Of a stretch of DNA of 64,000 nt, positions 49,561-63,654 are shown piece by piece; the stretch's first letter is position 1; each line of letters begins with the position of its first letter. The notes beneath the pieces are model-generated. The model was given only the letters and a program-made list of their open reading frames with translations. It did no database searches and was not told the origin of the DNA. The translations under genes and the position numbers were made by a program. Source of the DNA: Octopus sinensis. Lineage: Eukaryota. The DNA is taken from positions 15,004,001 through 15,068,000 of the forward strand of contig NC_043000.1 in NCBI RefSeq assembly GCF_006345805.1, given 5' to 3'.

Positions 49561-49879
49561 ATCTTTTATTATTAATCGATGATAGTTACAGAGTGACTCA
49601 ATGTCCGAGAGTTTTGTATATTGACGTTTGATAAGTGTCCAAAACTGTCAGCCCTTGAGTCATTCAGTAACTTCTGCCGCTTAATAATAAATATATATAT
49701 ATATATATACCCACTGGCAGTATAATTTATAAAGACAACAATCATATACAATAGCCACCAAGAAACACTTGCCAGCTCTCTCCATATCCTGGTGGCTAAT
49801 CCACCTATTATGGGGTACCACAGGGCCAGCCACTCTCACTTACTCACTCACTATGTCTCTCTCTCTCTCCTTCCTTTCC

Positions 49880-50060
49880 CTCTCTGTGACGTCATATCAG
49901 CTCAACTGATGTGTGGTTGGCAGAACTGACGTGGCAATTACCAGCAACTCTGTTTCACGTCGTTCATAAAACTAAAATACAACACACATTTTTCCTTACT
50001 CATTGACTGTGTTGGCAAAGGTAACCCTGGCTATAAACCTGTCACTTCCTGGTTGGTAGA
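49880..50060 (+). promoter_or_regulatory. Probable ARF promoter region
   Basis: Full CRE TGACGTCA at 49887-49894, TGACGTGG near 49927 and ETS-like CACTTCCT near 50043, 350-500 bp upstream of the ATG. Confidence 0.45.
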
Positions 50061-50393
50061 TATATATATATACATATATATATATGTATGCTCTCACACT
50101 TTTTTGAAATATAAAAACAAAGTATTGAATACGTAGGGAAGTAACCAAAAGCTTCTCGGTTTCCTTTGCTGCTGCTGCACACCTAAGATCGTTTCTGTTT
50201 ATATTTCTATTGCAGTCTAGCGACTGATATATTGTTTTCTTTCATTTCGCTATCATCTGGAACAGTTCTTAATTAAAAAAAAAAAAAAGGAAGTGATTGA
50301 TAATACTAGTAGCGACTAATACTCAGTGTACTCTTACATTCAAAGTTGAGGAATATTTACTTAAGAAAAAAGAGCAAAACTGAATAAGAAATT

Positions 50394-50460
50394 ATGGGCC
50401 TAACCATCTCAAGCCTTTTCCAACGTATGTTTGGTAAAAGCCAAATGAGAATTCTTATGG
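50394..50460 (+). CDS. ARF4: Class II ADP-ribosylation factor (ARF4/ARF5-like), first coding exon; no further ARF exon found in the window
   Basis: ATG GGC...; MGLTISSLFQRMFGKSQMRILM(V) then G|gtaagt. Has the Gly2 myristoylation site and class II N-terminus; the 67-nt phase-1 exon is typical of ARF genes. ARF4 versus ARF5 cannot be distinguished. Confidence 0.9.
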
Positions 50461-50618
50461 GTAAGTCTTCGAGAAAATCACATTATATTTCTGTATATCC
50501 TTGTTGTTATATAGTTTAACGGTGAAGTTTGAGTATGTATGGTGCTAAACCGATTTTTTTCCTCTTCCTTTGTGATGTTTTTAACCTAAAATAACAGAAA
50601 ACTCGGCTCTCCGCTGTC

Positions 50619-50629
50619 CAACATGGCGG
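50619..50629 (+). promoter_or_regulatory. YY1/TISU-like motif in ARF intron 1
   Basis: CAACATGGCGG about 160 nt downstream of the first exon; a typical position for YY1 sites in housekeeping genes. Confidence 0.35.
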
Positions 50630-50688
50630 TATTTAGCAGCTGTCGTAGGAACAGTTGGTGAAATGGAGCGATTAAGCAGGATATTCTG

Positions 50689-51072
50689 TCCAAAAAGTCT
50701 AACAAAAATATTTCAGGCTGTTTATTTAACATTGCCATGGTATTCTTGGACCTTTCATCAGCTTTAAAAACTACATCCATCGATGCAAATCTCCCTCCAT
50801 ATATATCTTTATATATGACCTAAGTAGACGGTATGCATTTATATATCATCTACTTTGGTTAGTCTGAGTTTCTCTCCAAAAAGTCTAACAAAAATATTTC
50901 AGGCTGTTTATTTAACATTGCCATGGTATTCTTGGACCTTTCATCAGCTTTAAAAATTACATATATCGATGCAAATCTCCCTCTGTCTCTCTCCATATAT
51001 ATATCTTTATATGTAACCTAAGTAGACGGTATGCATTTATATATCATTTACTTTGGGTTAAGTCTTGAGTTT
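50689..51072 (+). repeat. 186-bp tandem duplication in ARF intron 1
   Basis: Copies start at 50689 and 50875 (TCCAAAAAGTCTAACAAAAATATTTCAGG...), with high identity. Confidence 0.9.
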
Positions 51073-53989
51073 TGTCAAAGCAAATAATGTGTATTATCTT
51101 CAAATTTACTTTTTAGTAATACTATTAGAAACTCTAGTTTTATTCTTGTAAGATAGATAATACAATTTGAAAAATCCAAAGCGTATATTTGCAATTTGCT
51201 TGACATAATTTGATTTGTCAACTGTTGAATAAATTCAATCTGCTTTTCCCCACCTCCCTTATAATTTTTAATTTTATATTTCTTCGTTTTCTTCTAAGTC
51301 GAGTCAGCGAATCTTCAATTCGTTTATATACTAAGCACCGTTTTCGGTATGCTTTACTATTATTATTATATCAGTATTATTTCTCCCGTCGCTACGTTCT
51401 GAATTCGAAATCCGTCGTGGTCGACTTAGCCTTTCGTCATTACGAAGTCGATAAAATAAGTACCAGTTAAACACTGGGGTCGATCTAATCGACTCATCCT
51501 CACCTCCACCAAGCTGCCCTTGTGGCAAAAAATTTGAAGTAATTGTATTAGTATTATTACACCCGCCACACAAGACAGGTGTAATAGTAATTGTTACACC
51601 CATCTCACGAAACTGGTGCAATCGTCACAAATTTACCGCAAAAAGACACAAAAAAATTTTGTGGGGACAAGAATGTAAAACAAAAAAAAAAATACTAATT
51701 TTTAGGGACAAAAATTCCGGCAGAAACAAACAACCACCTAATTTCTTGCCATTTCATTATCTCCATGAGGGTAGTGATAGCTATTCCCTAAGTCCGTCTC
51801 TGGTGTGGCGGCGGGTGTCAGTAAAAATTTTCAAGTTTCTTTCATTTCATTATATTCACATACATATTCGCTTAATTACGACTTTCGGAAATAATTAACA
51901 CAAGACCTTAATAGATTGCACTTACATAATATACATTTTGCAAATAGATACATACGTTTTAATAAAGAAGGACAATCGGTTTCATTTAATAAAACAGACA
52001 GTCTAATGAAAATTTTGTCTAGCTTTTGATATGACTGTCTTGTGTTTTCGCTTTTATTTATTTATCGTCGGCTGAATGGTTCAGGATTTCTGAAATATTT
52101 TTTATTATACCAAATTAACATTTGAAATTTCGGTCTTTTAAGAATCAAAGATCTGATTGAAATATTTTAACTACACAGATGAATATCTAGTTTGCTTTCC
52201 GATGTAACTTACCATGCGGCTTTAAGAACTTGGCACTTGCATCATGAACGAAACTGTGGGCCCTTGAGCTGCTTTTCTAATTTTTTACCGATTAAAAAAT
52301 AGAAATGTGGCAACAGTGATATATGATGGAGAGAGTCGAGTTCTTGCAGGAAATACACGAATTTCACAATTTCCTATTCCTTTTTCCTTTGTAAATCTTA
52401 ATTATATCTATGTGAGGAATCGATAATACAGATACACAGATGGACGATACATAAGTTACATTAACCCCTGCTTCATGTTGCTATTGACTGACTCTTATTT
52501 GCGAACAAACACACATCTATATATCTATACATATGATCTTGATTTTATTAAGTGTGTGTGGGCATATTTATATGTATGTATGTATGTATACATTCACATA
52601 TATTTATTTATCTTTTACTTATTTCAGTCTTTAGACAGCGGACAAGCTGGGACACCACCTTTGAATTTTAGTTGAACGAATCGACACATACTTAATTTTT
52701 AAAAGCTTGGTATTTAGACACACACACACACACGTGTGCGTGTGTGTATAATCTTAGAACATTTAATTGGCGAAAATAGTTAAAAAGAAATTTAATGGTT
52801 AATGTATAATTTGTCCACTCTCACATTCTTTGTTTTAAAGACACATTGCCCCTATTAACTCGCTGACGCCAAGATTATATATATATATAGTCCTGATGTG
52901 TATGCCTACTCAAGTTCATTAGGATCTATTCTAATTATATGCTGTTAAACAAGAATAACCTGTTCGATTCTCAACACCAGTGCACTGTTAATATTTTTAT
53001 TTCGCCAAGCATCAATTAGGTTTTGGAAATTCTAGCTTTTAATTTACGTTTGTTTTAAAATTTCGTCACCATCAGTTTTGAGAAGTGAGAGTTATGCTTG
53101 TCTAATTTTTAAAATATTTACTACGAAGTTTTTATCTTATATTGAAATTGAGTTCTAGAGTTAATGTTTAAGATCATTTTTGTTGGTATTCAGTCTTCGT
53201 TGTAAACAAAGGTTCGATGTTTCTGCAGTTTGCAACAGTTTCTTTGATGTCCTGCTTTCAGTTACCCAGGGGTGAGGTAGTTTGTAGTTAATGGATTAGC
53301 AACGTGGTTAGTAAAATGTAGGTGGGAGTGCTCAAGGTTTCAATATATGACATCAATAATCCCCCAAACCATAAATGCATAGATTTTATTTTTGAAAGTC
53401 AACCTATATATTGATAAGCAATAAGCGGCTCGTAAGTGTTTCATGTGTCAAATTGATATTGAGCAAATATCGTTCAGTGTTAAGGTTTGGAAATTAATCC
53501 TGAATTCACAGTGTTGTATTTCTAAATTGATGGTTTCCTTTACATATAGAGCGACTGTTGACTAGTAGAAATACCAGAAGGCCGAAGTTAATTCGTTTGT
53601 ATTTAGTAGCGTCCCTTTGTCCTGAGTCAACGTTTGCTACTCATCCTAAAGATTTGTTAATTAGTCACTGAGGATTGATTCATACAACTATACCATTTGT
53701 CCAACTAATTTGTCGCCTTGTGTCAACAGTGATAAATCTTTAAAATATTCTTGAATAATTGTCAACATTGAAATGTAAACCTTAAGAAAGTATGAAATAT
53801 TAATTGTATTTCAGTTACGGTTGAATAGATAAGACCCTGCTAGGTTTTAAGTATGGTTTGAACCCACTTCAACTGCTTTAAAGGGAACCTGCTCCCTGTT
53901 TATGCAACTCTTAAACAGAATTTCATCAGCTGATTGCATCATTGCAGCTGATTTGAATATTTTTAATATTAATCTGCACATTAGAATTT

Positions 53990-54206
53990 AGTCTGAGGTG
54001 AAAACATTCTGTGCCGTATGAATATGTCCCTCGTTTAAGAAACAGATTGGGTTTATTTACATTTCTGAAGAAAAAAAAGATACCCTTCCCCCTAACCCTA
54101 AAAGAGATTGAAATGCAATAGATCGATACTAGGGTCATAATTATGGGTGACAATTTCATATGACACCGCTAGAAAAAACTGCCGGTCAAACCGAAAAGAT
54201 CCCCAT
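53990..54206. mobile_element. Partial copy of the 46895-47298 MITE
   Basis: Near-identical right half (TGAGGTGAAAACATTCTGTGCCGTATG...AAAAGATCCC), including CCCTAACCCTAA. Confidence 0.7.
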
Positions 54207-57200
54207 ATTGACTGAATGACTAAGATTAGTTCACTGTTATTGTGGATGACAGTATTGAATGAAATATGTACAAAACACCTTGCAGTATCTGGTTTTATCC
54301 ATTTACATTGTGAAAATTCAACCAAGATTCCTTTTGCCTTCGTCCCTCCTGCACCACCATTATTTTTAATAAAGTGGAATAAATGCCTGTCAGCATTTAG
54401 TTAACTTTAATACTTTTGAGCTAAAATTCCATTGAGTAGGATTGAATAAAATCTTAGAAATTCTAGGTGGCAAATTGGCAGAACTGGTAAGACATCTTAC
54501 TGGTATTGGAGGGCCTGCACTGATCATGGCCACAGCCCCCTCCTCCAGGTCAAACCAATACAAACAAGACTGGACAAAATGTCTTATTTTTGTTCAATTT
54601 GTTTGTATTTTGAGGTGAAATCTTGTTAAAATCATTTGTATCTTTCAGTAAAAGTACTAGTATTTAACTGTAGGTCAATTCAGTCAACTCCCTTACCACT
54701 GTTGTTACTAGGATGGTGGATGGCCAAAATGTAAGGGCACTGGACAAAATGTTGTGTGCTATTTAGTTGTAGGTCTTCATGTTCTGATGTCAAACCTCTG
54801 AGATCGGTCCTGCTCATAACCCTAACCTCCTTGATAAAATTTATAGCTTTGTGCCAGTGTCAGAAATTTCTTTTTATTATTAGAGAGGATTGCTGCATAA
54901 AAAGCACTGGTTCTAGTGTCACAAAGAGCACTCAGTACACTCTGCAGGCATAAGGAAGGACATTCACCTGTAGAAACCATTCCAAAACAATAGAACTTGT
55001 GTGTGTGTGTATCACCACCACTTTACCAGCTCTTGTCAAACTGTCCAACCCATGTCAGCATAGAAAACAGATGTTACCAAGAGTTGCACTATTGTCTCTT
55101 TTTAATGAACATTCAATTCTTATCAGGATCAGCTTTGCTTGTGAGTTAATAGACATTCTGGGATTAATACAATAAGTAACAGAAATGTAATGGAGTGAAC
55201 CCTGAGAGAACTTACAATATCCTGTCCCTTCAAATGTGTGGCCTTCTGCTGAAGTTAGAAATTATTTTTAGTTCTGCTTTATTGCTAAATATTGGGTATT
55301 TGGGATCTATCAATATCCATCCATGAAACTTTTAACTAATGTCACTTCTAAAGTTAAAACAGCTTCTACCAGAACACAAAATTTTGAGAGGTCGCAACAA
55401 TGTCATTAGTTGATTTCACCAATTCGCTACATTGACTGAAAATCAATACGTAGACAGAAATCAATAATAATTCACAGCTGAGGGCTTACATTTGTTGGCA
55501 TTTAATAATGACCTAAAACAGAGGACTAGAATATACTATAGAATCAAATTTTAGATACTTAAACTAGTTTTTTTTAATATTTTTGTTCTGGAAAAAGAGC
55601 CCTGCTTGAAACACTGAAGTTCTCTTAAATTACTCTAATGTTATTTTTTTTTTTTAAATTCATCGAACTAGGATTTTACCAACACAGTCCACTATCATTA
55701 ATTTCTTTGGATTCTAACGATTTAAGTTTGCTATCAATTAGATGATAGTTTTGGTGATAATAAAACATTTTTTTCTTTACATATTCTGATGACAAGCATT
55801 TACATTTTTTATTCTAGTTGACTCTTTTCAAATTTTCAAAAAGAATTTGGCATTACTTCACTTTAAAAAGAAAAGAAAAGAATGTTAATTAGGGAATTTG
55901 TTAATTATTTATACACTAAAAAGAATAATAATTACCAATTAAAATAAAAAGATCTCTGAAACAATACATGCAAACAAACATTAGGATTATTAATGGGAAA
56001 TATTTAATTATCCAATGTGGCAAGTATTGAGTTTGATAGAAAAGTATTTAATCTTAATTCAATGGTTACTTTAGAACATCTGTTACTATTTATTGACTTA
56101 ACACTTTCCTTAGATATCGCTGGTTTCCTTCTTTTTCATTCTTTCTTTCTCCCCCACCTGTCTCTCACTCACTCACTCACACACACATTTATGGTCCTTT
56201 GGTTTTATGGAAATCTGAACTGGTAAAGTGGAGCTGGCGAATGTGATTAAAATTGTTAATCCTTAGTTATATGTGTGTGAGTGTGTACCTGTTATTTTGT
56301 TTCAGCCATTGGACTGTGGCCATGCTGGAGCACCGTCTTGGAGGGTTTAGTCAAACAAATTGATTCCAGTATTTATTTTTAAGCTTGGTACTCATTCTAG
56401 CAACCTCTTTGCCAAACCCCTAAGTTATAGGGATGTAAACACTGGTTGTCAAGCAGTAGTAGGGACCAAACAGGGCACACGCACACATATGCAACAGCTT
56501 TCTTTCAGTTTCCATCTACCAAATCCATTCACAAGGCTTTGGTTGGCCTGGGGCTATAGTTGAAGGCACTTGCCCAAGGTGCCATGCAGAAGGACTGAAC
56601 CCCCAAACCACCTGATTTGGGAAGCAAGCTTCTCAACTATACAACCTAGCCTGTGCCCATATATATATTTTTTCAAGAAAGAACAGCAATTATTATTAAG
56701 GTGGCAAGCGAGCAGAATTCATTAGCATGCTGAGCAAAATGCTTAATCGAATTTTGTCCATCTTTACCTTCTAAGTTAAAATTTGGTTGGCCTGGGGCTA
56801 TAGTTGAAGGCACTTGCCCAAGGTGCCATGCAGAAGGACTGAACCCCCAAACCACCTGACTTCACTTTTCATCCCTTCAGGATTGGCAAAATAAGTACCA
56901 GTTGTGCACTGGGGTTGAGGTAATCAACATATCCTTCCCCCCAAAATGGCTGGCCTTTTGTCAAAATTTGAAACTATTTAAATTAATGTTTCTGCAATCA
57001 GGAAAGGAGATTGGTTGTTGGTTCTGTGTTGAACAAAGTTCCTTTACAAAGGATGTGATAGTCACTTTCGTGAACTAATTAATACTTAGCTTTAGTTTCA
57101 CATAATTTTGGGCAAATGAGCGCTAAATGTACGCCTGTATATCATTCTAACATAAGTAAGCTATTAACCTGTTTCCCATTCTTAGGTAGACACTCAAGTT

Positions 57201-58994
57201 TGCAATAAAGTGTCATTGGAGGACCAAGACTCATCATTTGGCAAATTTTGCCTCAACAAAAGACTGCAAGATGGAATATAGAAGATTGTCAGTTGGCTCC
57301 AGTTAGAAAATGCTCCTTGTGTTTTTCATTTAGCTCATTTAACCTTTAGCACGTTTAGGTGTATCATGTCACTGTATAAGTTTTCTTTTCTGTAGCTGTA
57401 GGTGCATTGTGTCGCATTGAGAGGGGAGAAAACTAATATGGTAACATGATATGCCTACAGCATGCTAAAGGTTAATACCAACATGTCTGAGACCATATCT
57501 CTGTAAATATTCATGTTTAAATTAAAATCGCAAAGCATAAATGATATGAGATTTCATTTGCAGTACCACCATAATACACCAAAATTTGTAAGTTTTTCTA
57601 ATGAAATTCCATATATTTTACTAATTTCCCCGACCCCAAATCCTCATTATATTGAAATTTAAAATTCATAGGCAATCTACTTGTTAAAAATAGTCATGAA
57701 AGAATTAAACAAATGCCCCTTCTTTCATATGACAAGTGGAGAAGTCCACTTGACATGTTCTGTACATGAGTGATATGTAGAAAGGTATGTATGTGTGAGC
57801 TTAGCAATTTTATGTTGACATTTGCAGATAGTCTAGAACAGTAAAAATTGACTGACTTAAAAATAATCAGTGTGTTTGCAATGTGGGAAGTGCTAATATG
57901 GTAATGAATTTGTACTGATAGGTGTTGATAGAAACCAAGGTTAAATTCAGTCATGAATATTTGCTTGTTTTATTCAGTAGGTCAATCAGTACACAAAGAA
58001 GTGAGTTAGTGTAGATTATTGTAGATAACAATTAATGCAACTAGAACCTCTCAAGATAGATGATGGCTTCAGAGAGAGACAGTTTGATGTATCGTTTCTA
58101 TATAGGTCAAGCAATATGTGAGAAAATAGATATTTCAAAATAGTACTGTTATCAATTCATCAATGGTATTAAAAATCTAGTATCAAATTATATGGGAAAT
58201 ACGTCTATTGTAATAACATAGAAGTATTAGCATCTTGCTGTAGGGTAACAGCTGTGAATACTAAATGATGTCTTTAAGCACAAACATATCAGTGTAGCAC
58301 TCATCAAAAATAAGTTTTAGTACAGAGGCAATGACTAGCAAGCAACCAAGACCTTTGGAGATATGCTGTGGTTGAGAAGAACTGGCAAGCCAAGTGAAGT
58401 TGTAGTCACAGCCGATGCTAGTGTTGCATAACTGGCCTGTTTAAAAACACTCTTCAGTCGTTGGGCAATATGCCGCTGTGCTTGTGAAGACCTGTTGAAC
58501 CGAGTGAAATTGTAGTCATGGCTGATGCCAATTCTGCCTGACTGGCACCTGTGCTGGTGGCATGTAAAATGCACCCATTATATTTTCAGAGTGGTTGGTG
58601 TTAGGAAGGATATCCACCTGTAGAAACCTTGCCAAATCAGATTGGAGCCTGGTGCAGCCTCCCAGCTTGCCAGTCCTCAGTCAAACTGTCCACCCCATGC
58701 CAGCATGGAAGGTGCATGTTAAATGATGATGATGTAGAAATATTTTATCTTACAATTCTTTGATTATAACAATCTTGTGTGTGTATAAAATGTCTAGAGA
58801 ACCTCTATGTTTCTACAATGGCTGAAGAAGCAAGTTTTGTCAAAAACTATCTAGATGTCCCAGAAAGTTACTGGAAAGTGACTAGACACATATTTCCTTT
58901 ATATGGGTTTATGAGTTTGGTGCTTTCTGTTTATATAATTCACTTTGATCTTGGCTACCAACTAATTTCTAATTAATTATATAGTACTATGAGT

Positions 58995-59325
58995 GAGTGA
59001 AGGCACATGGTTCAGTGGTTACTTCAATCATGAAGTATTGAGTTTGATTCCCGGCCTGGGCTGTTTGTTGTGTTCTTGAGCAAGACGCTTTATTTCACGT
59101 TGCTCCAGTTCACTCAGCTGTAGAAATGAGTTGTGACATCACTGGTGCCAAACTGTATCAGCCTTTGCCTTTCTCCTGGATAATATCAGTGCCATGGCGA
59201 GGGGAGGCTGGTATGCATGGGTGACTGCTAATCTTCCATAACAACCTTGCCTGGACTTGTACCTGGGAGGGTGACTTTCTAGGTGCAATCCTATGGTCAT
59301 TCATGACCAAAGGGAATCTTTTATT
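58995..59325 (+). mobile_element. Older tRNA-derived SINE (additional family)
   Basis: tRNA-like head followed by GTGTTCTTGAGCAAGAC...TGCTCCAGTTCACTCAGCTGTAGAAATGAG, a conserved SINE central-domain-like block; a related minus-strand copy lies at about 28000-28250. Confidence 0.5.
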
Positions 59326-61539
59326 GTCAGTGAATAGATGTTACAATTAGACAAATTAAGATTTACCTTTGTAAGGATCATTCTAGTTACCATGTGTGTA
59401 TCAACAAGGGTTATCACAATCAAGTGTCAACAATTTGATCATATCCCTTTGCGCCCCTGTTGACTTTACCTTTCAACCAATCACGGTCTTATGTTACAAG
59501 TTCATTCACATTTTTCAGTGACTTAGTACTTAATTTCAACCTTAGTACTTAACTGGTACTTTTTTTTTAACAATCATAGATGAATGAAAAGCAATGTTAC
59601 AAGGCATTGTGTCAATCCCCCAATGAAACAAGTACGTGACAAAATTCTGGGGAAGGTATACCGACCAAGCATGGCTACTGAACAGTGACTGAGGCTTATA
59701 AACAAATACAAATTGCTAGACATACATAGAGTATTACATCTCTGTATACATTTATATAACATACCAATCTTTTTGCATTCTTTCTCTGTTTGATCTTGAC
59801 AGAGACTGCTGTACTTTATACCTCTCCACCTCACTCTTGCCACCAACTTCCTACTTTCATGCTGGTTGCTTCTCTTTGTACTCAAACACTCATTCAGTCT
59901 TTCTCTTCTGTCTCTGCACATATACTGTCTTTTTTTTCTTATTAGTCATTTTGTGTCACTCCTTGTTACACCTATCTATCACTCTTCTCACAAGTCTCTT
60001 ACAAGTGTTACATTTTCACTGTGACAATCAACCAACAAAAAATGTGACATGATTTAGCTTTTTATTTTGAGAGAAATGATATTCTGGAGGAATTTTTCTA
60101 GGTCAAGCTATATGCTTGAAATCAGTTGGTTTTCATTTATCCATGTTTTGGTCAAGAATTTGTCAATGATGCTTCTCCAATCATCTTGAAATCTCTCATC
60201 CTCTATCTACCTTTCCCTCTGCTTGCCATTTGCTCTATGGCCACATATCTTCAGCTCAGGACGCATAATAGCTTAGCAGTTTTGTATGTTTTTTTTTGTT
60301 TTTTTACTTTCCATTTTATCTTTTCCCTAAAATAGTATGTAACCTAATTTTGAGTAGAGCAGTTTTTAAAGTGATCTTAATGTCTGTTCATTTCAATTTA
60401 ACTCCAGTATTCTTCACTTCATAGAGAAAAAGTAGCATTTTTTTTTTATTTGTTTCGGTCATTTGACTATGGCAATGCTGGGGCACCACCTTATTAAATC
60501 ATCAAAGAAAAAAAAAACCTATAAAAAATTTTCCTTCATTAAAATATTACTAATTTTCTAAATATACTTTCAAACACACAAAACATTGATTCAGTTTAAG
60601 TCATCTTGTTTACCATTAAAACAAATCATAATTGTCATATTTTTTTTTAATCTACATTTGACATTTATCCTTTTCTTTCAACAAATTGAATTTATTTCCA
60701 AAATGAAAATTCTTTTCTATATTGTTTCAAATAAACATCTCTCCTTTGACTGTCTGATGTACTAGTTGTACATGGTGCCCAGTTGTAGTCCTATTAACTT
60801 TACAGTATAATTTGACACCTAGGAGATCATTAACCACGAGTTCTGAATAAAAAATTGTGTAAAGTTGAATGGTCAGTGGGCTAAATGAGTGACCCAGACA
60901 CTATACAAACTCTGTCTTTAAAATGTTCTTAAAGCATGTTTCTCTCTGCTTCAAATTACGGCTTTCATTGACTTTCATCTTGCTAGGATAAAATAATTTC
61001 CATTATCACAGTTATATCTTTTATCTTTTACTTGTTTCAGTCATTTGACTGCGGCCAAGCTGAAGCACCGCCTTTAGTCGAGCAAATTGACCCCAGGACT
61101 TATTCTTTGGAAGCCTACTACTTATTCTATCAGTCTCTTGCCACACTGCTAAGTTACGGGGACGTAAACACACCATCGGTTGTCAAGCGATGTTGTGGGG
61201 ACAAATATATACACACACACATACATTTATCTGTGTCGGTGGCACATAAAAACACCATCCGAGCGTGGCCGTCTGCCAGCCTCGTCTGGCACCTGTGTCG
61301 GTGGCACATAAAAACACCATCCGAGCGTGGCCGTTCGCCAGCCTCGTCTGGCACCTGTGTCGGTGGCACATAAAATCACCCACTACACTCTCGGAGTGGT
61401 TGGCGTTAGGAAGGGCATCCAGCTGTAGAAAAACACTGCCAGATCTGACTGGCCTGGTGCAGCCTTCGGGCTCCCCAGACCCCAGTTGAACCGTCCAACC
61501 CATGCTAGCATGGAAAGCGGACGTTAAACGATGATGATG

Positions 61540-61585
<46 letters not shown>

Positions 61586-62405
61586 TCTCATATATGATGG
61601 GCTTCTTTCAGTTTCCGTCTATCAAATCCACTCACAAGGCTTTGGTCTGCCCGAGGCTATAGTAGAAGACACTTGCCCAAGGTGCCATGCAATGGGAATG
61701 AACCTGGAACCATGTGGTTGGGAAGCAAGCTATTTACCACACAGCCACTCCTGCACCCTTATATAGCCATGTCTCTTGTTTCATAAATACAGTAATACAA
61801 TGTAGAGAATCTGATTATAATAGAATTTTGAAGCCATTTTATGTTAAGTTATAAATTAGTTTTAATAAATACTGAGTCATAACTATCTTGTGTCAAGTGG
61901 GTACATCGAATCAACTCCCACGGTAGACACAATAAGGAATATAGCAACACACCCAGGCTACTGAGCTACACCTTACACAATCAGGGCACACTGGTATGTT
62001 TTATGTTTTCGTTTTTTTCTCAGTTTGATCTTTGCCTTCCATGAGTCTGCAAAATCGAAACTGACTCAACAACAGGAAAAATGTCCTTCCTTGATCATTG
62101 TATTGGCAGATTCAGTAAACTCAGGTAGCTGTGGAAAATGGATCTTGTTTCAGTCGTCAGACTGTGGCCATGCTGGGGCACTACCTTGAATGATTTTTAC
62201 CTAATGAATCAGCTCCAGTGCTTCTTTTTTTGGCTTTTTTTTTTGTTAAGCCTGGTACCTATTCTATCTGTCTCTTTTACCAAACCACTAAGTTACAAGG
62301 ACATAAACTCACTAACACCAGTTGTCAAGTAGTGCTGATGTGAAATAAAACAAAAAAAAAAGAACCTACATCAAGATTTAGATTACTTTCAGTGAGATTG
62401 CTTAA

Positions 62406-62624
62406 CCCTTTAGTGTTCGCATTATTCTGCCAAAATCCTTTTTTATCTACATTGCTTTGAACTAATCATGCATTATCTTGTAGCTATGAGATTATGATGA
62501 GGTAGCTGTTAATTTTTAAAATGATATTGTAGGGCTGGTGTAAGAGAGACCAGATCTGGCCAGTTTGACTATAAAACAGGCAGAATAGTTCTGGCTGGAT
62601 ATGGCCGGTTTAAATGCTAAAGGG
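62406..62624 (-). mobile_element. piggyBac-like MITE
   Basis: TTAA|CCCTTTAG...CTAAAGGG|TTAA termini; inverted relative to 63015-63233. Confidence 0.75.
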
Positions 62625-63014
62625 TTAATAACCTGAAATTTTAATGTAACAAAGAGTGTCACAAATTCGTTTTTACCATTATTATTATTGTTAACAGCTT
62701 CAATTTCTCCACCACTGCCCAATGCTGAGATCACCCCTTCCCATACACACACGCACACACTCCAATAAACAGTCCTTTTTTGATACATAGAAGTATAGTA
62801 TAATGATTATATTTTTATGAGAACAGGTTTATGGAATGCTGCTATTCAAGCACCAAGGAGTTTTACAGACAAAACAGTCTATTTGTAGCACTAGAGGGAT
62901 GGGCCACCGTTAAGATAACTCATTAAGTTCTAGTACTTATCAGCACTCTGATTATGAAACCTCTAAATGAAAAACCTCAATTTGTCTGACTTGAATCTCT
63001 TCTGCTTATTTTAA

Positions 63015-63233
63015 CCCTTTAGTATTTAAACCGGCCATATCCGGCCAAAATAGTTGATCTGTTTTATGTTCAAACTGACCAGATCCAGGCTCTCACACCT
63101 ACCCTACAATGTTATTCTACATTAAGTAATTACACCATCAAGATCTTGAAGATATGAGATAATGCATGATTAGTTCAAATCAATGGGAATCAATAGGCAT
63201 TATGTTTGATAGAATAATCAGAACACTAAAGGG
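63015..63233 (+). mobile_element. piggyBac-like MITE
   Basis: TTAA|CCCTTTAG...CTAAAGGG|TTAA termini. Confidence 0.75.
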
Positions 63234-63654
63234 TTAAGAGATCCTATCTTTCTGTTAAAGAAGGCTTCTATCAATGGTGCAAGTTTCAGCAAGCTTGGAT
63301 TACATATTTGCGAAAGGTTGACTATATGTGGTTAATGGTTTAAAGGGCTGCTTCCGTTTTGCAATTCAAATCTTTAAAATACATGTATCTTCTCCATTTT
63401 GATGCATACAAGGTGTTCAAAGTCTCAAGGCTATAATGCATGATTAATTCAAAATAATGTGAATAAATAAGCATTACGTTTGACATTTGACAGGTTAAAG
63501 GAAATGCATGTACTGTTGATAATTAATAGCCAGCCTCTTGAGTCAGTCTCTGAATAATCTACAAGTTATTTACGTGTCTTCAGTTATTATATCAAGCTTT
63601 GTAATGTTAGAATGGCTCTGGCATTTACAATAACTGAAAAATTTAAGCAATGTA

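Noticed and set aside
50624-50662. ATGGCG start in good context as an alternative ARF start
   Set aside because: The frame stops after 12 codons with no phase-compatible donor; better explained as a YY1-type DNA motif.
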